Shown piece by piece: positions 61,484 to 64,000 of a stretch of DNA of 64,000 nucleotides; position 1 is the first letter of the stretch, and every line of letters starts with the position of its first letter. This DNA comes from Malacoraja senta (taxonomy: Eukaryota): NCBI GenBank assembly GCA_038087875.1, contig CM075997.1:2172001-2236000 (forward strand). Direction: 5' to 3'. The notes under the pieces were generated by a model that saw only the letters and a program-made list of their open reading frames with translations, had not been told where the DNA came from and did not search any database. The position numbers and the translations under genes are program-made.

Positions 61484-61760
61484 CTTGTTTACACTCTGAC
61501 CGGAAGTCCCCGGTCACTCGGGACCCGCGACGTCAACACGCACAGACCAGCGTGCCGCTTTGTGACGTCAACACGCACAGATCAGCGGGCCTCTTTGAGA
61601 CGTCAACACGCACAGACCAGCGTGCCGCTTTGTGACGTCAGCACGCCCCCCCGGCCGACTGCGCAGACTCAGTGCCGCCCAAAGATCTTTGGTGCCGCCG
61701 CCGAAGGGTGATGTGACGTCATGACGGGATGCCAATCACGCGGACGTCCCGCCCCTCATG
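61484..61760 (-). promoter_or_regulatory. CpG-island promoter of the TMEM87 gene with ETS, CRE, CCAAT and GC boxes
   Basis: CCGGAAGT 61500-61507; TGACGTCA 61563-61570, 61633-61640, 61714-61721; CCAAT 61732-61736; CCCGCCC near 61748; CpG-rich. Confidence 0.8.
61528..61645. repeat. About 35-bp tandem repeat (about 3.3 copies) carrying CRE-like GACGTCA motifs
   Basis: Unit approximately gacgtcaacacgcacagaccagcgtgccgctttgt, repeated at 61529, 61564, 61599 and 61634 (partial). Confidence 0.85.
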
Positions 61761-62035
61761 ACACTCTTCACCATGGGTTAGTCAACAGGCCCTTCGGCCC
61801 CACTCGGCCATACTGACCAACATGCTTCATCTAAGATAATCCTATTTACCCACGTTTTGTCAAGTGAAGATAGTCAAAAGTGTTTTATTGACATATGTCC
61901 CGGACGGGACAATGAAAAGTTTACTTGCATCAGCACAACAGAATATGTGAATATTCCTTCTCCCTTCTCCCTCTAACCTTTCCTACCTATATACCTGTCT
62001 TTTAGTTTGTTTGTAGAGACAGCATGGAGACAGGG

Positions 62036-62640
62036 AGGTTCTACTGCAGTTGTACAGGGTCTTGGTGAGACCACACCTGGAGTATTGCGTACAGTTTTGG
62101 TCTCCAAATCTGAGGAAGGACATTATAGCCATAGAGGGAGTGCAGAGAAGGTTCACCAGACTGATTCCTGGGATGTCAGGACTTTCATATGAAGAAAGAC
62201 TGGATAGACTTGGCTTATACTCGCTAGAATTTAGGAGATTGAGTGGGGATCTTATAGAAACGTACAAAATTCTTATGGGGTTGGACAGGCTAGATGCAGG
62301 AAGATTGTTCCCGATGTTGGGGAAGTCCAGGACAAGGGGTCACAGCTTAAGGATAAGGGGGAAATCCTTTAAGACCGAGATGAGGAAAAACTTTTTCACA
62401 CAGAGAGTGGTGAATCTCTGGAACTCTCTGCCCCAGAGGGTAGTCGAGGCCAGTTCATTGGCTATATTTAAGAGGGAGTTAGATGTGGCCCTTGTGGCTA
62501 AAGGGATCAGGGGGTATGGAGAGAAGGCAGGTACAGGATACTGAGTTGGATGATCAGCCATGATCATATTGAATGGCGGTGCAGGCTCGAAGGGCCAAAT
62601 GGCCTACTCCTGCACCTATTTTCTATGTATCTATGTATCT
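62036..62640 (+). mobile_element. CR1 LINE 3' fragment
   Basis: ORF 62050-62544; nearly identical to 4044-4635. Confidence 0.92.
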
Positions 62641-64000
62641 AAGCCCTTCGGCCCAACTCGTCCATACTTACCAAGATCATCAATCTAAGATCGTCATATT
62701 TAGTCGTGTTTTGTTCATATCCCACAAAACCTTTCCTATCCATGTACCTGTCCAAGTGACTTTTAGATTGTTTTGGAGATACAGTATGGAAACAGGCCCT
62801 TTGGCCCAACTCGTCCATGCTGACCAACATGCTCCATCTCAGCTTGTCCCATTTAGGAATAGGAATAGGAATACTTTATTGTCATATGTGACCAGGCACA
62901 AATTCCTTGCTTGTGTACCCAATGTATATATATACAAATTTTACCCATGTTTTGTCCATATCCCACTAAACTTTTCCTATCCATATACGCGTCTAAGTGT
63001 CTTATAGTTTGTTTAGGAGATACAGTGTGGAAACAGGTCCTTCGGCTCCTCAGAGTCCATGCCAACCATCAATCACCCCTTCACATTAGTTCTACCTAAT
63101 CCCACTTTTGCATCAACTCCCTACACACTCGGGGCAATTTACAGAGGCCAAATGGCCTACAAACGCGCACGTCTTTGGGATGTGGGAGGAAATCAGAGAA
63201 ACCAGAAGAAACCCATGCGGTCATAGGGTGAACGTGCAAACTGCACACGGACAGCATCCGAGGTCAGGATTGAAGCCGAGTCTCTGGCGCTGAGAGACGC
63301 AGCGGCTCTACCAGCTGCATCATTATGCCACACTCTTATTGATGAAAGTATAGTGTGGTGTTAATAAAGGCTCCTTCTTCTGTGAGTGAAAAATAACTGC
63401 TGTTTGTCAAATCAATGTGGTTAAAAGTACCATTGGTGACTAATTGTGAATTGAACTACAGTTGACAGTAATTATGGGAGTTTTGTACCTGAAAAAATGT
63501 GCGTGTGAACATGAAGGTTTTGCTGAAAAATTAGGAGGTGATGTTAACAATGGGATAGACACAAAGTGCTGGAGTAACTCAGTGGGTCAGGCAGCATTTC
63601 AGAAGAAGGGTTCCAATCCAAAATGTTACCTTGAGTAATTTTTTAATTTTTTAATTTTTCTATGGATGTACGGATTATTTCTTCTATGTAAAGCACTTTG
63701 GTTTCAACACGAGTTGATTTAAACGTGCTATATAAATAAAATGTACTTACTTACTTACTTTTCTTTTTCTCCACAGATGCTGCCTGTCCCACTGAGTTAC
63801 TCCAGCATTTTGTGTCTATCTTCGGTATAAACCAGAAAATCTAGAGTAACTGGGCAGACTGTGCCCTCTGTTTTAACAAGCAGAGGTGACCAGATTAACT
63901 TGTCTGTTCCTGTGCTATACTTTTCTAAATAATGTTCTATATAATGTTGTAAAGACAGAGCTGGAGCGTTGCATGCTCTTCCCAGGGAAAGATCTACTAT

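Noticed and set aside
61528..61645. CRISPR-like periodic repeat
   Set aside because: Contiguous tandem units without unique spacers, in a vertebrate promoter

Overview
Repeat-rich vertebrate genomic DNA, most likely from a cartilaginous fish (skate/ray). This is inferred from the V-SINE/HE1-like tRNA SINEs, CR1 LINEs and Penelope-derived elements. The main feature is a complete minus-strand TMEM87-family gene (lumenal GOLD-like domain plus 7TM Golgi protein) running from ATG 61483 to TAA 16894. I reconstructed it by hand as 21 coding exons, about 581-582 aa, with consistent splice phases. The standout observation is a pair of homologous exons (13a 37041-37112, 13b 35773-35841). Each has a U2-type AG acceptor and a U12-type ATATCCT donor, and both share one downstream U12 branch point and AC acceptor. 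This predicts mutually exclusive splicing enforced by major/minor spliceosome incompatibility, swapping a transmembrane segment between a TMEM87B-like and a TMEM87A-like version. Downstream (1.5-8 kb) lie exon-like segments of an unidentified minus-strand gene for an acidic, Ser/Gly-rich disordered protein. The rest is transposon debris: CR1, L2, Rex1/Babar, Penelope with hammerhead-like cores, a Tc1 remnant, Harbinger- and hAT-type MITEs, and SINEs. There is a 200-N gap at 5737-5936. All homology calls are from recognition, not database searches, and repeat boundaries are approximate.
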